A stretch of 64,000 nt of DNA from Marinilabilia sp. GTDB taxonomy: Bacteria; Bacteroidota; Bacteroidia; Bacteroidales; Marinilabiliaceae. A model generated the notes under the pieces. The model worked only from the letters and a program-made list of their open reading frames with translations. It was not told where the DNA came from and did no database searches. Both the position numbers and the translations under genes were made by a program. Where the stretch lies: contig JAWOCV010000117.1 of the NCBI GenBank assembly GCA_046483585.1, positions 17,686 through 81,685 on the forward strand, in the 5' to 3' direction. Of this stretch, positions 30,153-41,071 are shown one piece after another. The first letter of the stretch is position 1; each line of letters begins with the position of its first letter.

Positions 30153-30889
30153 AGAACGTATTCAACTTCTTTGAAAGCATAGCTGGAAATTTCGCCGTTA
30201 TCGCGGAGCAGGAACAAATGGCCTGCCGGACCGATGCCTGAGAATCTGGCCATAAATTCGCCATTGGCATCTTTGTAACGGTACCGGCCTGAACTGCGGT
30301 AAAGACGGGCCAGGTATTTTTCTTCTATTGTTTGGGTGAATCCTTCGGAAAGAGTTGCATAATGATCTGTCAGGGATTCGAAGAGGTTCTGGAACAGTTC
30401 AGGCAGATTTTGCTCCAGGCCGGTTATTTGCAACAAAGATACAGGGTTGGGGAGGTTGTCCGGAAATTCAGGCTGGTTCACATTGATTCCGATGCCGGCA
30501 ATACATTGATCGATCACCGGGCCTTTAAGGGCATTTTCAATAAGAATGCCCCCCAGTTTCCGGTCTTTATGATAAATGTCGTTGGGCCATTTGATGTATA
30601 CCGGGGATATGATCTTTTCAAGAACTTCGGTTAGCGCCACCGACACTGTTTTCGACAAAATAAATTGTTCAGATGCGGTTATCATCGTGGGGTGAAGAAC
30701 AATAGAAAAAGTGATGTTTTTACCGGGGAGGCTTTCCCATGTATTTCCCGGCTGGCCCCGGCCGGCGGTTTGATTTGAAGTGATCACAACGGAACATTCC
30801 GGCAGGTCCCGTTCTTTCAGTAATGCCTTAAGATATGAACTGGTAGAAGCGGTCTCTTCGATTTGGATGATCTGCGGTGTTGTCTCCAT
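30149..30889 (-). CDS. birA: Biotin--acetyl-CoA-carboxylase ligase (class I, no HTH)
   Basis: STSSYL, QTAGRGQ..W.S, KWPNDI, KLGGILIE, GIGINV. Confidence 0.95.
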   Translation of the reverse strand: METTPQIIQIEETASTSSYLKALLKERDLPECSVVITSNQTAGRGQPGNTWESLPGKNITFSIVLHPTMITASEQFILSKTVSVALTEVLEKIISPVYIKWPNDIYHKDRKLGGILIENALKGPVIDQCIAGIGINVNQPEFPDNLPNPVSLLQITGLEQNLPELFQNLFESLTDHYATLSEGFTQTIEEKYLARLYRSSGRYRYKDANGEFMARFSGIGPAGHLFLLRDNGEISSYAFKEVEYVL

Positions 30890-31055
30890 ATGCTAAGTTT
30901 TTGCGACAGATTGTCATAACGCCTTTTCGGATGAAGCAAAAATAGGTATATATATCCTATTAAAGTGTTATCTTTGAGCGCAAATTTTATTGTGGCATTG
31001 TTTTTTCTGTATTAAAACAAAATACACGAAAGTTAAACGAAAAAAGTTTTTTTGA

Positions 31056-31436
31056 ATGGGAGAAAATCATCGGGAAGTGATGACATCTGAAGAGCTTGTT
31101 GAAGCTGTTGTGACAGGTATTCAGGAAAAGAAAGGCACCAACATAACAGTTCTGGATCTTCGGAATATTGAAAATATGATCGCTGAATTTTTTGTGATAT
31201 GTGAGGGAGAGAGCAATGTCCATGTCGATGCCGTTTCTGACGCTGTAGAGGATTTCGTTCGAAAGGATGCAGGTGAAAAACCTTTCCATGTTGAAGGTAA
31301 ACAAAATGCTGAATGGATATTGCTGGACTATATGAATGTTGTGGTACATGTATTTCAGAAGCCGGTCCGTCGTTTTTACAGACTTGAGGACTTATGGGCC
31401 GATGCCGGGCGAACCGATATTGAAGAGCTGAATTAA
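31056..31436 (+). CDS. rsfS: Ribosome silencing factor
   Basis: IQEKKG..I.VLDL, WILLDYMNVVVHVF, FYRLEDLW. TATCTTTG -7 box at 30969-30976. Confidence 0.95.
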   Translation: MGENHREVMTSEELVEAVVTGIQEKKGTNITVLDLRNIENMIAEFFVICEGESNVHVDAVSDAVEDFVRKDAGEKPFHVEGKQNAEWILLDYMNVVVHVFQKPVRRFYRLEDLWADAGRTDIEELN

Positions 31437-31562
31437 ATTTTTTCTAAACATAAAGTCCGTTAATACTCTCCATGTACTTGTGATACAATTGTTTGATCTT
31501 GAAGAATTGGTTTGTGTTAAAATACGGATTATGAATAATATATGAATCATCTTAACCTGAAC

Positions 31563-32017
31563 TATTGACTTCGTCGAAATTCGTTTCATAAATTATTTTC
31601 CTTATGAAACGAGCATGACAAGGTTTGTCACAACAGAATGTGTATAAATCATTGCATGCGAGCCTGCCTGGCGGCTTATGAAGGATGAGACTTGATGTAC
31701 AAACCAATGTTTGTTTCGAATAACAAGATTGTAATAAGAAAAACGGCAGACAGGCCTGCCTGCAGGCCTAATAAAACAAAGATCCTGATTTCTGAGGAAA
31801 ATTCTTTGGAACACATGGATTCTTTTTCAGAAAACGTCAGGCAGGTTCCATCCGACCTTAAAAAACAAATTTTATACGGATGAATGAAGTTCAGGTTAAC
31901 CCCGACTTAGATGAAGTTAAACTTTTGAAAGAAAGTTTTTACTGAATCTTAGTCGCTGTCGGAGACAGGGATTATTTATGAAACAAAGTTCGACGAAGTC
32001 AATAATCCGGGTTAGAT
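31563..32017. repeat. Mosaic of four dispersed repeat modules bounded by 30-bp inverted repeats
   Basis: IR 31563-31592 / 31975-32004 (28/30). Module B 31662-31754 matches 36673-36764 inverted, module C 31754-31857 matches 61771-61874, module D 31887-32017 matches 1039-1148. Confidence 0.88.
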
Positions 32018-32057
32018 CTTAAATCTGGAAATCTAACGATCTATTCTTAACAATTAT

Positions 32058-34274
32058 ATGACAGAAAGTAAAAAGAGACTTCAGAATAATCCATCAGAAG
32101 GACAGAACCCGGGAGACAGGAAAAAACCGGAGAAGCCATTTAAGCCCGAGGATGATCCGGGAGGAGGACAAAATTCCCAGGGTCCGAAAATGCCCAAATT
32201 CAATGCTTATTGGATATACGGATTGATTCTTCTTGCCCTTATTGTGGTTAGTACTTTTAATATGGGTCAGGGACCACAGAATTTATCTTATAGTGTATTC
32301 GAAGATGAATTGCTGCCCGGTGGAGATATTGAGAGGGTCATCGTTGTGACCAATGAAGAAGAAGCGGAGATTACAATTAATCCCGAATCTTTTGATAAAT
32401 ACAGCGACTTATTTAAGAATGATTACACACCATCGAAGGTGGGGCCTCATTTCATCGTGAAAATTCCTACCATTGACCGTTTTGAGGAGGCCCGTAAAGA
32501 GGCCGAGGACGAGAATGATATCCGGATCCCTGTGGAGTATGAAGAAAGGGTGAATTTTTTCCGTGATTTTCTTGGAATGATGTGGCCCCTTTTGTTGTTG
32601 ATCATCATCTGGATATTTATTTTCCGTCGCATGAGCTCGCAGGGCGGTGGCGGTGGTGGTGCCGGTAATATTTTTAATGTCGGGAAGTCCAAAGCCAAAG
32701 TGTTTGATAAAGAATCAAACATCAATGTCAACTTTGAGGATGTTGCCGGTCTGGCCGAAGCAAAACAGGAGGTCGAAGAGATTGTGGAATTCCTGAAAAA
32801 ACCTGAGAAGTTTACAGAGTTGGGAGGTAAAATCCCCAAAGGAGCTTTGTTGATCGGCCCTCCCGGTACCGGAAAGACCCTTCTTGCCAAAGCGGTAGCA
32901 GGAGAGGCTAATGTACCGTTCTTTAGCATGTCGGGTTCCGACTTTGTGGAGATGTTCGTGGGCGTGGGCGCCTCGCGGGTACGCGATCTGTTCCGTAAGG
33001 CCAAAGAAAAGGCTCCCTGCATAGTTTTTATCGACGAAATTGATGCCATCGGACGGGCGCGTGGTAAAAATGCCGGATTCAGCAGCAACGATGAGCGAGA
33101 GAACACACTGAATCAGTTGCTCACCGAGATGGATGGTTTTGCCTCTAACAGTGGGGTGATCATTCTTGCAGCCACCAACAGGGCCGATGTGCTTGACCGT
33201 GCTCTGCTGCGGGCCGGACGATTTGACCGTCAGATCGCTGTTGAGTTGCCCGACCGTAAGGAACGGAAGGAAATATTTGAGGTGCATCTGCGGCCGCTTC
33301 GACTGAAGGATGATGTGAATGCCGATTTCCTGGCTAAACAGACACCTGGTTTCTCGGGAGCTGATATTGCCAATGTGTGTAATGAAGCGGCCCTCATCGC
33401 GGCGCGGCACAGTAAAAAACTCATCGAAAAAGATGACTTTCTTGGAGCCGTCGACCGGATTGTAGGGGGGCTGGAGAAAAAGAGCAAGATCATCAGCAAG
33501 GAAGAAAAACGTGCCATCGCTTATCATGAAGCCGGGCATGCCGTAATTAGCTGGTTGCTGGAACATGCGCATCCACTTGTGAAGGTCACGATTGTCCCGC
33601 GGGGGAAAGCGCTTGGTGCGGCCTGGTATCTGCCCGAGGAACGGCAGCTGACCACATCATACCAGATCCTGGATGAAATGTGTTCCGCCCTCGGGGGACG
33701 AGCGGCAGAAGACCTGATCTTCAAACGCACTTCAACGGGTGCACTTAACGATCTGGAAAAAGTGACCCGTCAGGCTTATGCCATGGTAACTTATTTTGGC
33801 ATGAGTGCCAAACTTGGGAATTTGAGTTTTTTCGACTCTACCGGACAGAATGAGTACTCATTCCACAAACCTTACAGTGAAAAAACAGCTGAAGTGATCG
33901 ACCATGAAGTTGCCCTTATTGTCTCGGAACAGTATGAAAGGGCCAAAAAGATTCTTATTGAGAACAAAGAAAAACATGCCCATCTGGCTGAATTACTCCT
34001 CGAGAGAGAAGTGATCTTTGGCGAGGATCTGGAGAAAATATTTGGCAAACGTCCGGGACCTGAGCATGTTATCGAAGAAACGCCCAACGGGAACGGAGAG
34101 AAACAAGGCGATCATTCTTCCGGAGCAGAAGAGAAGGCGGAGAATAACAGCCGGAACACTGAAGAGGATCAGGATGCCAGTGACAAATCGGAACAAGAGA
34201 AACCGAAAAATACCGGGAGTCCCGGAGAATCCCCGGAAAAAAAGGATGATGATGACGGGGAGGAACAAAAATAA
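32058..34274 (+). CDS. ftsH: ATP-dependent zinc metalloprotease FtsH
   Basis: Two TMs, [23 protein letters not shown] (SRH), HEAGH. Confidence 0.98.
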   Translation: MTESKKRLQNNPSEGQNPGDRKKPEKPFKPEDDPGGGQNSQGPKMPKFNAYWIYGLILLALIVVSTFNMGQGPQNLSYSVFEDELLPGGDIERVIVVTNEEEAEITINPESFDKYSDLFKNDYTPSKVGPHFIVKIPTIDRFEEARKEAEDENDIRIPVEYEERVNFFRDFLGMMWPLLLLIIIWIFIFRRMSSQGGGGGGAGNIFNVGKSKAKVFDKESNINVNFEDVAGLAEAKQEVEEIVEFLKKPEKFTELGGKIPKGALLIGPPGTGKTLLAKAVAGEANVPFFSMSGSDFVEMFVGVGASRVRDLFRKAKEKAPCIVFIDEIDAIGRARGKNAGFSSNDERENTLNQLLTEMDGFASNSGVIILAATNRADVLDRALLRAGRFDRQIAVELPDRKERKEIFEVHLRPLRLKDDVNADFLAKQTPGFSGADIANVCNEAALIAARHSKKLIEKDDFLGAVDRIVGGLEKKSKIISKEEKRAIAYHEAGHAVISWLLEHAHPLVKVTIVPRGKALGAAWYLPEERQLTTSYQILDEMCSALGGRAAEDLIFKRTSTGALNDLEKVTRQAYAMVTYFGMSAKLGNLSFFDSTGQNEYSFHKPYSEKTAEVIDHEVALIVSEQYERAKKILIENKEKHAHLAELLLEREVIFGEDLEKIFGKRPGPEHVIEETPNGNGEKQGDHSSGAEEKAENNSRNTEEDQDASDKSEQEKPKNTGSPGESPEKKDDDDGEEQK

Positions 34275-34908
34275 CCATTCACGGGATCGTATTCTTTCGC
34301 GATTGGAGGGAAAAGAGTATCGTCCCTGGCATGAAAACTGGCCTTCAGAAGTGCCGGAAGGTGATGTCTTTCCCCCGGTGGACGACCCGCTTGCTATGTT
34401 TCGGGACGAGTTAACGTCTTTGGGAGGAGAGGTGTTTGTGGAAGAGGGCGAAGGTGCGTTGTATAAAAGATTGAAAGAGATCGTTTCCAAACGCGGATGG
34501 AAGGTGCTTTTCACCGGAGATAACCAGATCGAACGAAAACTGGATCAATGGGACATCCCTGTCAGGCAGTTTGTATCCACCAATGATGAGCCGGAAGCGG
34601 GTGTTACAGGTTGTGAAGCGCTGGTGGCCCGTACCGGTAGTGTCATGGTCAGCAGTGCCGGCGCATCCGGCCGGCAGATGAACATCTTTTTGCCGGTTCA
34701 TATTGTTGTGGCTGGTTTGGATCAGGTGGTAAGTTCCATTGCCGATGGTTTCAGAATGGTCCGGGAGAATCATTCACATCTGCCGTCACAGATTTCCCTG
34801 ATTTCTGGTCCCAGCCGAACGGCTGATATCGAAAAGACCCTCGTTATGGGGGCTCATGGGCCCGGAGAATTGATCGTGTTGATTGATGCAGGGCCCGAAA
34901 ACTCCTAA
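34252..34908 (+). CDS. LUD-domain protein (LutC/YkgG family)
   Basis: TGCEALVARTGSV, LPVHIV, ISGPSRTADIEKTLVMGAHGP. Start re-assigned to an ATG overlapping the ftsH end. Confidence 0.85.
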   Translation: MTGRNKNNHSRDRILSRLEGKEYRPWHENWPSEVPEGDVFPPVDDPLAMFRDELTSLGGEVFVEEGEGALYKRLKEIVSKRGWKVLFTGDNQIERKLDQWDIPVRQFVSTNDEPEAGVTGCEALVARTGSVMVSSAGASGRQMNIFLPVHIVVAGLDQVVSSIADGFRMVRENHSHLPSQISLISGPSRTADIEKTLVMGAHGPGELIVLIDAGPENS

Positions 34909-35011
34909 GAACAGGAAGATTTTATAAATTTAATCAGAGTGGCCCCTGGATCTGAGTTGTGCTGTTTCCAGATTTGAGATGGTGATCTTTCCGGGCCTTA
35001 AAGACCAAATT

Positions 35012-35818
35012 ATGAGTAATTTTTGGCAGAGAATTCTTACCGGACTTGTTTTCGTTTTAGCGATCATCATCGGTTTATGGTGGCATCCTTTGGCTTACAT
35101 GACCATTTTTGCTGTTGTGGTTTTTCTCGGAATGGTTGAATTCATAAAGATGGTCAGGGGACTCGAGACCAGGGTTCGGATATTCTGGGCTCTGGCCATC
35201 GGCATGTTTGTTTATCTAAGCTCTTTTTTGATGTTTTATGCCGGGATTCATCCCCGTTGGTTTATTGTTATTGTGCCTTTGGTAGGCGGTATTTTTTTAA
35301 CAGAATTGTATTATAAGGATAGTAATTCGTTACTTAATATTGCCACGACGCTGATTGTTCCTCTTTATGTGGCTCTTCCTTTTGCCTTTCTCCACCATAT
35401 GGCTTTTTTCGGAGGTGAATATGGCTTTGAACTGTTATTTGGCTTCTTTTTAATGGTATGGATCAATGATTCCGGGGCATACCTGGTGGGCAATTGGTTG
35501 GGTCGTAAAAAGCTCTTCCCCAGTGTTTCACCCAAAAAGACGTGGGAGGGAGCTGTTGGAGGCTTTTTACTTACATTGATCGTGGCATGGGGAAATTATG
35601 AGTTTCTTGGCGTTGTTGGCCTGATTGATTGGTTTGTGATCGGCACATTTGTTTCTGTTCTTGGAACTTACGGAGATCTTACAGAGTCAATGCTGAAGCG
35701 CAGTGTGAACATTAAAGATTCCGGACATGTTTTGCCCGGCCACGGAGGCGTCCTTGACCGGTTCGATGCGGTTTTTTTCTCTGCTCCTGCAGTTAGTTGT
35801 TATCTTTTATTTTGTTAA
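35012..35818 (+). CDS. cdsA: Phosphatidate cytidylyltransferase
   Basis: WINDSGAY, SPKKTWEG, GDLTESMLKR...KDSG..LPGHGGVLDRFD. Confidence 0.95.
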   Translation: MSNFWQRILTGLVFVLAIIIGLWWHPLAYMTIFAVVVFLGMVEFIKMVRGLETRVRIFWALAIGMFVYLSSFLMFYAGIHPRWFIVIVPLVGGIFLTELYYKDSNSLLNIATTLIVPLYVALPFAFLHHMAFFGGEYGFELLFGFFLMVWINDSGAYLVGNWLGRKKLFPSVSPKKTWEGAVGGFLLTLIVAWGNYEFLGVVGLIDWFVIGTFVSVLGTYGDLTESMLKRSVNIKDSGHVLPGHGGVLDRFDAVFFSAPAVSCYLLFC

Positions 35819-35860
35819 TTTTGCAAGCTGAATGTATTTTTTCCTGTATTAATTTTTAAT

Positions 35861-36520
35861 ATGACAATTCATAAAGAAGGTTTTGCCATACTGGCCGTTG
35901 TTTTTCTGGCTTTGACCGCGATCAATGCAGGGGTTTATTTCCTGTCTTCCTCGCCGGCTTCTGTTCTTGAGTGGACAGTGATTATTTCATTGATATTGTT
36001 CTTTTTTATCGTGAGTTTTTTCAGAAGTCCCCGGCGAGATACTTTTATTCAGGAAAAAGCAGTTATAGCTCCGGCTGACGGGAAAATTGTGGCCATAGAG
36101 GAAACTGAAGAAAATGAGGTACTGAAAGAGAAGTGTATTCAGATATCTATCTTTATGAACATTTTCAACGTTCACATCAACTGGTTCCCGGTAACCGGTG
36201 TTGTACGTTATTTAAAACATCATCACGGACGTTTTCATGCAGCATTTCTGCCCAAAGCTTCATTTGAAAATGAACGTACGACTGTGGCTCTGGAAACAGC
36301 CGGCGGGAAAAAGGTCGTCGTCAGACAGATTGCGGGAGCACTTGCCCGCCGAATTGTTTGTTATGCCCTTTTGGATGAGAAAAGCCGGCAGTGCAGCCAA
36401 ATGGGATTTATTAAGTTTGGTTCACGCGTCGATTTGTTTATTCCCGTTGATAGCCGTATTGATGTCAAGCCCGGTCAGAAGGTGAAAGGCAAACAAACCA
36501 TTCTGGGCTGGATTGAATAG
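35861..36520 (+). CDS. psd: Phosphatidylserine decarboxylase proenzyme (short type)
   Basis: FFRSP, APADGK, VHINWFP, NER, QIAG..ARRI, IKFGSRVD (pyruvoyl Ser). Confidence 0.93.
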   Translation: MTIHKEGFAILAVVFLALTAINAGVYFLSSSPASVLEWTVIISLILFFFIVSFFRSPRRDTFIQEKAVIAPADGKIVAIEETEENEVLKEKCIQISIFMNIFNVHINWFPVTGVVRYLKHHHGRFHAAFLPKASFENERTTVALETAGGKKVVVRQIAGALARRIVCYALLDEKSRQCSQMGFIKFGSRVDLFIPVDSRIDVKPGQKVKGKQTILGWIE

Positions 36521-36569
36521 ACCCTTCGCCAATAAGCCTTTTTTTGTTTCAGATGATCTTCTTGTTTTT

Positions 36570-36616
36570 AATACTCCGTTAAACTTTTGTAACACCTTGT
36601 ATTTCAATTGTTTAAA
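36570..36616 (-). repeat. 47-bp dispersed repeat family copy
   Basis: Reverse complement TTTAAACAATTGAAATACAAGGTGTTACAAAAGTTTAACGGAGTATT aligns to 7427-7473 and 20634-20680. Confidence 0.8.
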
Positions 36617-36672
36617 ACATCGACGTTTCTCAGGTTAAATAGCTGTATATCAGCATTATACGAATTTTCTTA

Positions 36673-36764
36673 CCTGTCTGCCGTTTTCTTATTACAATCC
36701 TGCTATATAAAACAAACTTTGGTTTGTACAGCAAGTCTCATTTTTCATAAACCGCCAGGCAGGC
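36673..36764 (-). repeat. CCTGCCTG...CGGCAGACAGG element (module B), inverted copy
   Basis: About 11 differences over 93 nt vs 31662-31754 in a manual alignment. Confidence 0.88.
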
Positions 36765-36886
36765 ATCTTACATCTAATAATCTATTGTGTTTTAAGATGT
36801 TTTGATTATTCATTGATGCAGATGAATTCCTGAATATTACCCTCCTCTATTCAATCTTTACAAAATCAGATCGTTCCGGCGCAGGT

Positions 36887-39800
36887 TCATAATTGAATGC
36901 CGATAAAGATCACATCGTCGACTTGTTCCAGATCGCCTTTCCATGAATAGAACTGATCGCTTACTGCCTGGTGCTGATCCTCCATCTTGAGGGAGTGGAT
37001 ATTTTCCAGCATGTTTTTGACACCTACTTTCATGAATTTCTTTTCATTCGGTCCGCCAAACTGATCGGAATAACCATCGGAAAATAAGTATATCAAATCT
37101 TTGGGGCGGCATTGGTATTCCATGTTTACAAAAGGGGCATCATTATCCACAAGCGAATCGCCAATACTGCGGCGGTGACCCTTATAGAGGGTCAGTTCTC
37201 CGCTCAGGTACAGATATACTGGCCTTTTTGCCGAAGCCACCCGCACCCGCCTGGTACCAGGATCAATTTCAACCACAGATATATCCATCCCGTCACGTGT
37301 GTTGTCTTTGTTTTTGCTGTTCTGAAGCAGAACCTTTATTTCCAGATCAAGACGTTCGAGCAGGTCGGCCGGAGAATTCACATCCTTTCGTTTGACAATG
37401 TCGTTGAGCAGAGTGGTTCCGATCATGGACATAAAGGCTCCCGGTACACCGTGGCCTGTGCAGTCGGCACAGCATATAAGGAAATGGGTCTTTGTTTTGT
37501 AAAACCAGTAAAAATCACCGCTGACAATATCCCTTGGTACAAAAAACACAAATGATTCGGGGAAATAATTCTTCAGCACATTCAGTGGTGGCAGAATTGA
37601 CGATTGTATGGTCTTGGCATAGTTAATACTGTCGGTTATATCGCGGTTTTTTCGTTCAATTTCGGCTTTTTGTTCTCTGAGCTGAATGGTCTGAAGGTCT
37701 ACTTCCCGCTGCAATATTTCTTTTTGTTTTCTTAGTTTCCGTTCACGGAAGATGATGATCAAATAAACTGTGTATATGATCACGGCAAAAAGAACTATGT
37801 AAAACCATGGCTTTTTCCAAAAGGGTGTGGCAATGGTAAAGGAGACCGAAACCGGATCAGAAGCTATTCCATCGGCATTGAAGGCTCGCACCTTTAATTC
37901 ATAATTTCCGCTGGGCAGAAAATCGTATTCTCTGAACCGGGTGTTTCCAAGATCAATCCATTTAGGCGATTCATCGTTATCTGTATTAACCAACTGATAT
38001 TGGTACGTTACATCCCTGGGTTTTTCGAAACTGATGCCAATGAATTGGAAATAAAATTGATAATTTTTCCCGTAAGGATAGGGAAGGTCAATATCTTCCG
38101 AGGTTTGGTATTCTTCGTCTGATATACGGATATTGGTGAAGTGCAGGACTGGTGGCACCTCATTGATATCGTCCTTTTTGGGGAAATAATGAACTGCTCC
38201 CTGGGCTGCAGAAAACCACAGAGTCCCGTCAGTATCTTTGCGGAGTTGCCCAAAATCAGACCCCATGTTTTCTTCATGACCATATGTGAGAATATGGCCG
38301 TTTTGTGTGTTAATCATGCTGAGGCCAGGGTGATGAGCAACCCACAGACGGTCTTTGTGATCGGTTTCAATGCTGTAGCAAAAGTTCTTGGCCAGCCCGT
38401 CGTTGACATTGTAATGTTGGATGGTATCTTCCTCGTACTTTATAACCCCTTTGCCATGACTTGCCAACCATATGCTTCCATCCGAGGTTTGGGTCATGTC
38501 ATAAATGTCAATCGGTTCTTCGGCTATTTTATGAACTTCTATGCGGTCATCTTTAAGTTTGCATATGCCATTGCTTTTGGGCCCTATCCATATATTTTCT
38601 TCATCGTCTGTGAATACAAAATTGATGTTGTTATGAGGCAGGCCCCTGTCTGTTGTGAGATGGTTGGTTTCCCGTGTTACAGTATTAAGCACAAAAAATC
38701 CTTCATACGTTGCCAAATAGATGGTGTCGTCACGGGCGACCATATCACGAATCTTAAGGCCCGGAAGGTGAGAGGTATATCTCCATTGCTGAAACTTTAT
38801 TTCTCCCGGTTCCCGGAAATAAATGCCATTATTTCCGCTGGCCACAAAAATGGTTCCGTCCGGCGATCTGTGAATCCCGGTGATTTCGTCATTGGGAATG
38901 CCCAGATCACTGTCATAGTATTCGAAATCAGTAAAACAAAACGGATCTGTTTTAATCAATCCGTTTTCGAGGCCAAGCCACAAAGTGCTGTCGTGGCGGA
39001 ATGACGAGAGAACTTTGTTGTTTTCAAAACCAATGCTTTTCAGGTTGTAATGAACCATGCTCTCATCGGTTAGCAGGGAGGTTCCGCCGCCATAAGTGGC
39101 AAACCAGTAATTGGATTCCCGGTCGAGGAGGATTTCACGAATGTGGTTGTTGCTGAGACCGTTTTCTTCGGTGAAATTGTATGAGTCTACATAAGTGTCT
39201 TTGTCAGGATCATAGAACAATTTGATAACTCCGTTACCCCATGTTCCGAGTAGAAGATTGCCGTTGGGCTCTTCCTCTATATGGCGAATGTTTTCTCTCT
39301 GGATATCGAATTTCAGACAGAGACTGTTGTCCACTATTTGACGGCTGCCTTTGCTGTTAGAGGAGTAGACGAAGAATCCGTTATCTTCGGTGCCAACCCA
39401 GTAGTCTCCTCTTATGCCCTTTCTTGAGGTAAGAGCTGTAATGTTGGTCATTGGAATTTCTTCAACACGGCTGACAGAAGATATGGAATCTTTATTTTGA
39501 TCCATTTCAGCACGGAAAAGACCTTCAGAAGTCCCGATAAGGGTGTTGTCATGGTCTGTAATCAGGGAGTAGAAAAATTTATGTTCAAGTCCTGAATGAT
39601 TCATTATTGAATATTCCAGCGTTTCTTTGTTTACGCGAATCAGCCCGGTGTTTTGGACCAGGGCCCAGATATATTCAGTGTTGTCTGTTTTTATGGCCTG
39701 AACCGGACTTTTTGTCTCCGGAATTCTGAGAGGAGTGAATTCGCCGTCTCTGAAAACCGTGAAATCGCCTTTGTTATGGCCAATCCAGAGATTGCCATCA

Positions 39801-40084
39801 TCATCAAGATGCAGGGTATTCACAAAATCGCCGGCAAGGGAGTCGGATTCATTGAAACTTTCAAATTCAAGGCCGTTGTATCTTACAAGACCTTCTCCGG
39901 TCCCCATCCATATGTACCCCTTGTCATCCTGCTCAATGGCATAAACAAAGTTCTGGGGCAGCCCGACGTTTGAATCAAAATTTTGAAAGCGAAAGGTTTG
40001 ACCTTTCAACTCCTGCTCACCGGAAAGAAGAAAAACAAAGACAATTGACAAGATAATGAGATATTGACGTCGGGGATGTTCCAT
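36887..40084 (-). CDS. Periplasmic beta-propeller (Reg_prop)/Y_Y_Y sensor fused to a cytoplasmic SpoIIE/PP2C phosphatase
   Basis: Repeated GL..N....D..G..W.GT propeller units, Y_Y_Y domain, one TM, coiled coil, and PP2C motifs SGDFY, ADCTGHG, DGMD, SDG, DDV. Confidence 0.88.
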   Translation of the reverse strand: MEHPRRQYLIILSIVFVFLLSGEQELKGQTFRFQNFDSNVGLPQNFVYAIEQDDKGYIWMGTGEGLVRYNGLEFESFNESDSLAGDFVNTLHLDDDGNLWIGHNKGDFTVFRDGEFTPLRIPETKSPVQAIKTDNTEYIWALVQNTGLIRVNKETLEYSIMNHSGLEHKFFYSLITDHDNTLIGTSEGLFRAEMDQNKDSISSVSRVEEIPMTNITALTSRKGIRGDYWVGTEDNGFFVYSSNSKGSRQIVDNSLCLKFDIQRENIRHIEEEPNGNLLLGTWGNGVIKLFYDPDKDTYVDSYNFTEENGLSNNHIREILLDRESNYWFATYGGGTSLLTDESMVHYNLKSIGFENNKVLSSFRHDSTLWLGLENGLIKTDPFCFTDFEYYDSDLGIPNDEITGIHRSPDGTIFVASGNNGIYFREPGEIKFQQWRYTSHLPGLKIRDMVARDDTIYLATYEGFFVLNTVTRETNHLTTDRGLPHNNINFVFTDDEENIWIGPKSNGICKLKDDRIEVHKIAEEPIDIYDMTQTSDGSIWLASHGKGVIKYEEDTIQHYNVNDGLAKNFCYSIETDHKDRLWVAHHPGLSMINTQNGHILTYGHEENMGSDFGQLRKDTDGTLWFSAAQGAVHYFPKKDDINEVPPVLHFTNIRISDEEYQTSEDIDLPYPYGKNYQFYFQFIGISFEKPRDVTYQYQLVNTDNDESPKWIDLGNTRFREYDFLPSGNYELKVRAFNADGIASDPVSVSFTIATPFWKKPWFYIVLFAVIIYTVYLIIIFRERKLRKQKEILQREVDLQTIQLREQKAEIERKNRDITDSINYAKTIQSSILPPLNVLKNYFPESFVFFVPRDIVSGDFYWFYKTKTHFLICCADCTGHGVPGAFMSMIGTTLLNDIVKRKDVNSPADLLERLDLEIKVLLQNSKNKDNTRDGMDISVVEIDPGTRRVRVASAKRPVYLYLSGELTLYKGHRRSIGDSLVDNDAPFVNMEYQCRPKDLIYLFSDGYSDQFGGPNEKKFMKVGVKNMLENIHSLKMEDQHQAVSDQFYSWKGDLEQVDDVIFIGIQL

Positions 40085-40085
40085 A

Positions 40086-41066
40086 TCACTCTTCTTTAGG
40101 TTCTATGCCGATGTCGTACTTGTATTCCGGGATACCGCCGATCGGAACACTGTAGAAAGGCATCAGTTCGCCATATTGGTTTTCGAGAAAGATGACCACA
40201 TTGTTGTCTTTTATGAGCTTCGATTTTCTTTTGATCATTTGAATATCAAGTGAGCTGTTGTGGTCATCTTCACTTATTTCATGACGGCTTTCTTCCCATT
40301 CGTCTTCGCCTGATACGGCTACTTCTTCTCCGTTTTTGGCGGGTGAGATGATGCGTATGATCCCGTCATTGTCCCAGTCGAAATTGCTTTGCTTGATGGC
40401 TACCACATCGGATGTTATGTAAGGGTAAATATGAGATACTTCATCCACATCATTATGAAGGCGGAATTTGTATTTGAAATAAAAAGCAAAAGCTCCTTCT
40501 ACTTCACGATTTTCGTCATTTTCAGTGCTGAGAAACAAGTTGTATAAGTTTCCGTCATCGCCTTCCAGCCCTTCTACTACCAATTTGAATATATAACCGC
40601 CATATTCAGGCAGAAGTTCTCCTTCTGTGGGATTGAAAGGGCCGAATGTATACCAGTTTTCATCGTAGCGGGAAGACTGATCAAATACTTTTGTCCCCAG
40701 TAAGTTGCCACTTAGGTAGTTGCCTTCAAGGTTTGTTCGGCGGGCATCTTCTTCCGAGCATGCTTCCTCTCCGCCGTAAACCGAAAAACGCATTAAGGTG
40801 TCCCAGTCGCTTTTTTGTTCATCTATGGCACCCCCGGTGTCGGGATCATAAACTCTGATAAATATGGGGTTTTCATGATCTTCCGGCACTGAAAAAAAGA
40901 TGATCTGGGTAAAATCATCATCTCCCCAGCCCGTATCTCCCTCTCCGCCAAAGGTGACCAGATGAGGAATGTTCTCATCTACTGCAGGCACTGGCTGGGC
41001 CGATGCCGGGGGGATGAGGAAAAATAAACTGACAAATAAACATACCAAATAAACCGTTCTTCTCAT
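40086..41066 (-). CDS. Uncharacterised exported acidic protein
   Basis: Sec signal peptide (ASA-Q); 326-aa ORF embedded in the operon with 1-5 bp gaps; no recognised motif. Confidence 0.75.
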   Translation of the reverse strand: MRRTVYLVCLFVSLFFLIPPASAQPVPAVDENIPHLVTFGGEGDTGWGDDDFTQIIFFSVPEDHENPIFIRVYDPDTGGAIDEQKSDWDTLMRFSVYGGEEACSEEDARRTNLEGNYLSGNLLGTKVFDQSSRYDENWYTFGPFNPTEGELLPEYGGYIFKLVVEGLEGDDGNLYNLFLSTENDENREVEGAFAFYFKYKFRLHNDVDEVSHIYPYITSDVVAIKQSNFDWDNDGIIRIISPAKNGEEVAVSGEDEWEESRHEISEDDHNSSLDIQMIKRKSKLIKDNNVVIFLENQYGELMPFYSVPIGGIPEYKYDIGIEPKEE

Positions 41067-41071
41067 TGTCT

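Noticed and set aside
32447-33572. Antisense ORFs of 219 and 285 aa in ftsH
   Set aside because: Typical reverse-frame shadows of a conserved gene.
34018-34251. N-terminal extension of the LUD protein given by the ORF track
   Set aside because: It overlaps the ftsH low-complexity tail in another frame; homologous-looking sequence starts near 34252.
38141-39004. 287-aa plus-strand ORF
   Set aside because: Antisense to the sensor phosphatase, with no coding signature or motif.
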